DNA of 64,000 bases. Origin: Narcine bancroftii. Its lineage: Eukaryota. The notes beneath the pieces are model-generated. The model was not told the origin of the DNA and searched no databases. It worked only from the letters and a program-made list of their open reading frames with translations. Positions 63,347-64,000 of the stretch are shown piece by piece. Where the stretch lies: positions 340,690,001 through 340,754,000 of the forward strand of contig NC_091469.1 in the NCBI RefSeq assembly GCF_036971445.1. Direction: 5' to 3'. The translations under genes were made by a program, and so were the position numbers. Each line of letters begins with the position of its first letter. The stretch's first letter is position 1.

Positions 63347-64000
63347 GGATGAATAATATTTGGAAAGGACATTGATAAATGAAAGCACACTTAAATAATT
63401 GCAATTTGATGACTGCAGGATTTCCATTGATAAGACTTTCTAAGTGACCATAAATGATAAATGTGTATAATATTTTGTATTCCATAGTATTATCACTAAT
63501 GGTAATATTCTTGAATTCAAAGCAAGTTTTGAAACATTTCTATTTCGCTGAGGTTGATTGCATTCAGCAACAAATTTACAGCTGCTTTCTTCAGAAATAA
63601 CTGAAACTAAAATATATTGCCCTTCTGCTTCAAACTAGATGGTATCTTGTGCATACAAATAATTATGGATAATGGTCAAATTGCAATGGGTTTTGTTTTT
63701 GTTTAACATGGAAAGAGGTAAGAGTAAACTGTTCCTTCTAAAGAAGCTGTTATATTCGTTTTGTTGGAATAACCTTTGATCTACTTTTTACTACATTCAG
63801 CCATACATATCAATATCGATTTTATAACAAGCACCTTTTATATTCCAGGAAATGTGATCAAACAGACAAACATTTTTTTTGGAAGGATTGCTGAAAAAGA
63901 ATGGAAGAGTTCATCTTATGTTTTTTAATAATGTTAGGTTGTGCCGTTAACTGAAACATTGGTTCTGATGTCCAAGTGCTTTTTTTTATTCTGGTGAATC

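Overview
Eukaryotic, AT-rich, repeat-dense non-coding DNA (intronic or intergenic), most likely from a cartilaginous fish such as a ray. The taxon is inferred from HE1-like SINEs, HER1/CR1, Rex1-like, RTE and Penelope repeats, not from a database search. No intact host protein-coding gene is recognisable, and every long ORF is a decayed transposon fragment or its antisense shadow. The window holds five Gypsy/Ty3 LTR retrotransposon remnants, a solo LTR, Penelope-like elements (RT plus GIY-YIG), CR1, Rex1-like, L1 and RTE LINEs, a Chapaev3 DNA transposon, several MITEs and a 193-N gap. The most notable signal is in three diverged Gypsy copies (472-4684, 16160-17100, 39229-44222). They lack a tRNA primer-binding site and instead carry, 1 nt after the 5' LTR, a 13-15 nt sequence complementary to their own LTR poly(A)-signal region, with compensatory changes between copies. 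This points to self-priming and/or poly(A)-signal occlusion. Other signals: a composite Chapaev3 with two right ends bracketing captured DNA, a 2.1-kb inverted repeat, a 391-bp locally templated inverted insertion with a 13-bp TSD, a twin-primed RTE, and hammerhead-like motifs with a U3 core variant in Penelope tails. Boundaries without a stated TSD or TIR are approximate, and identities were estimated by eye.
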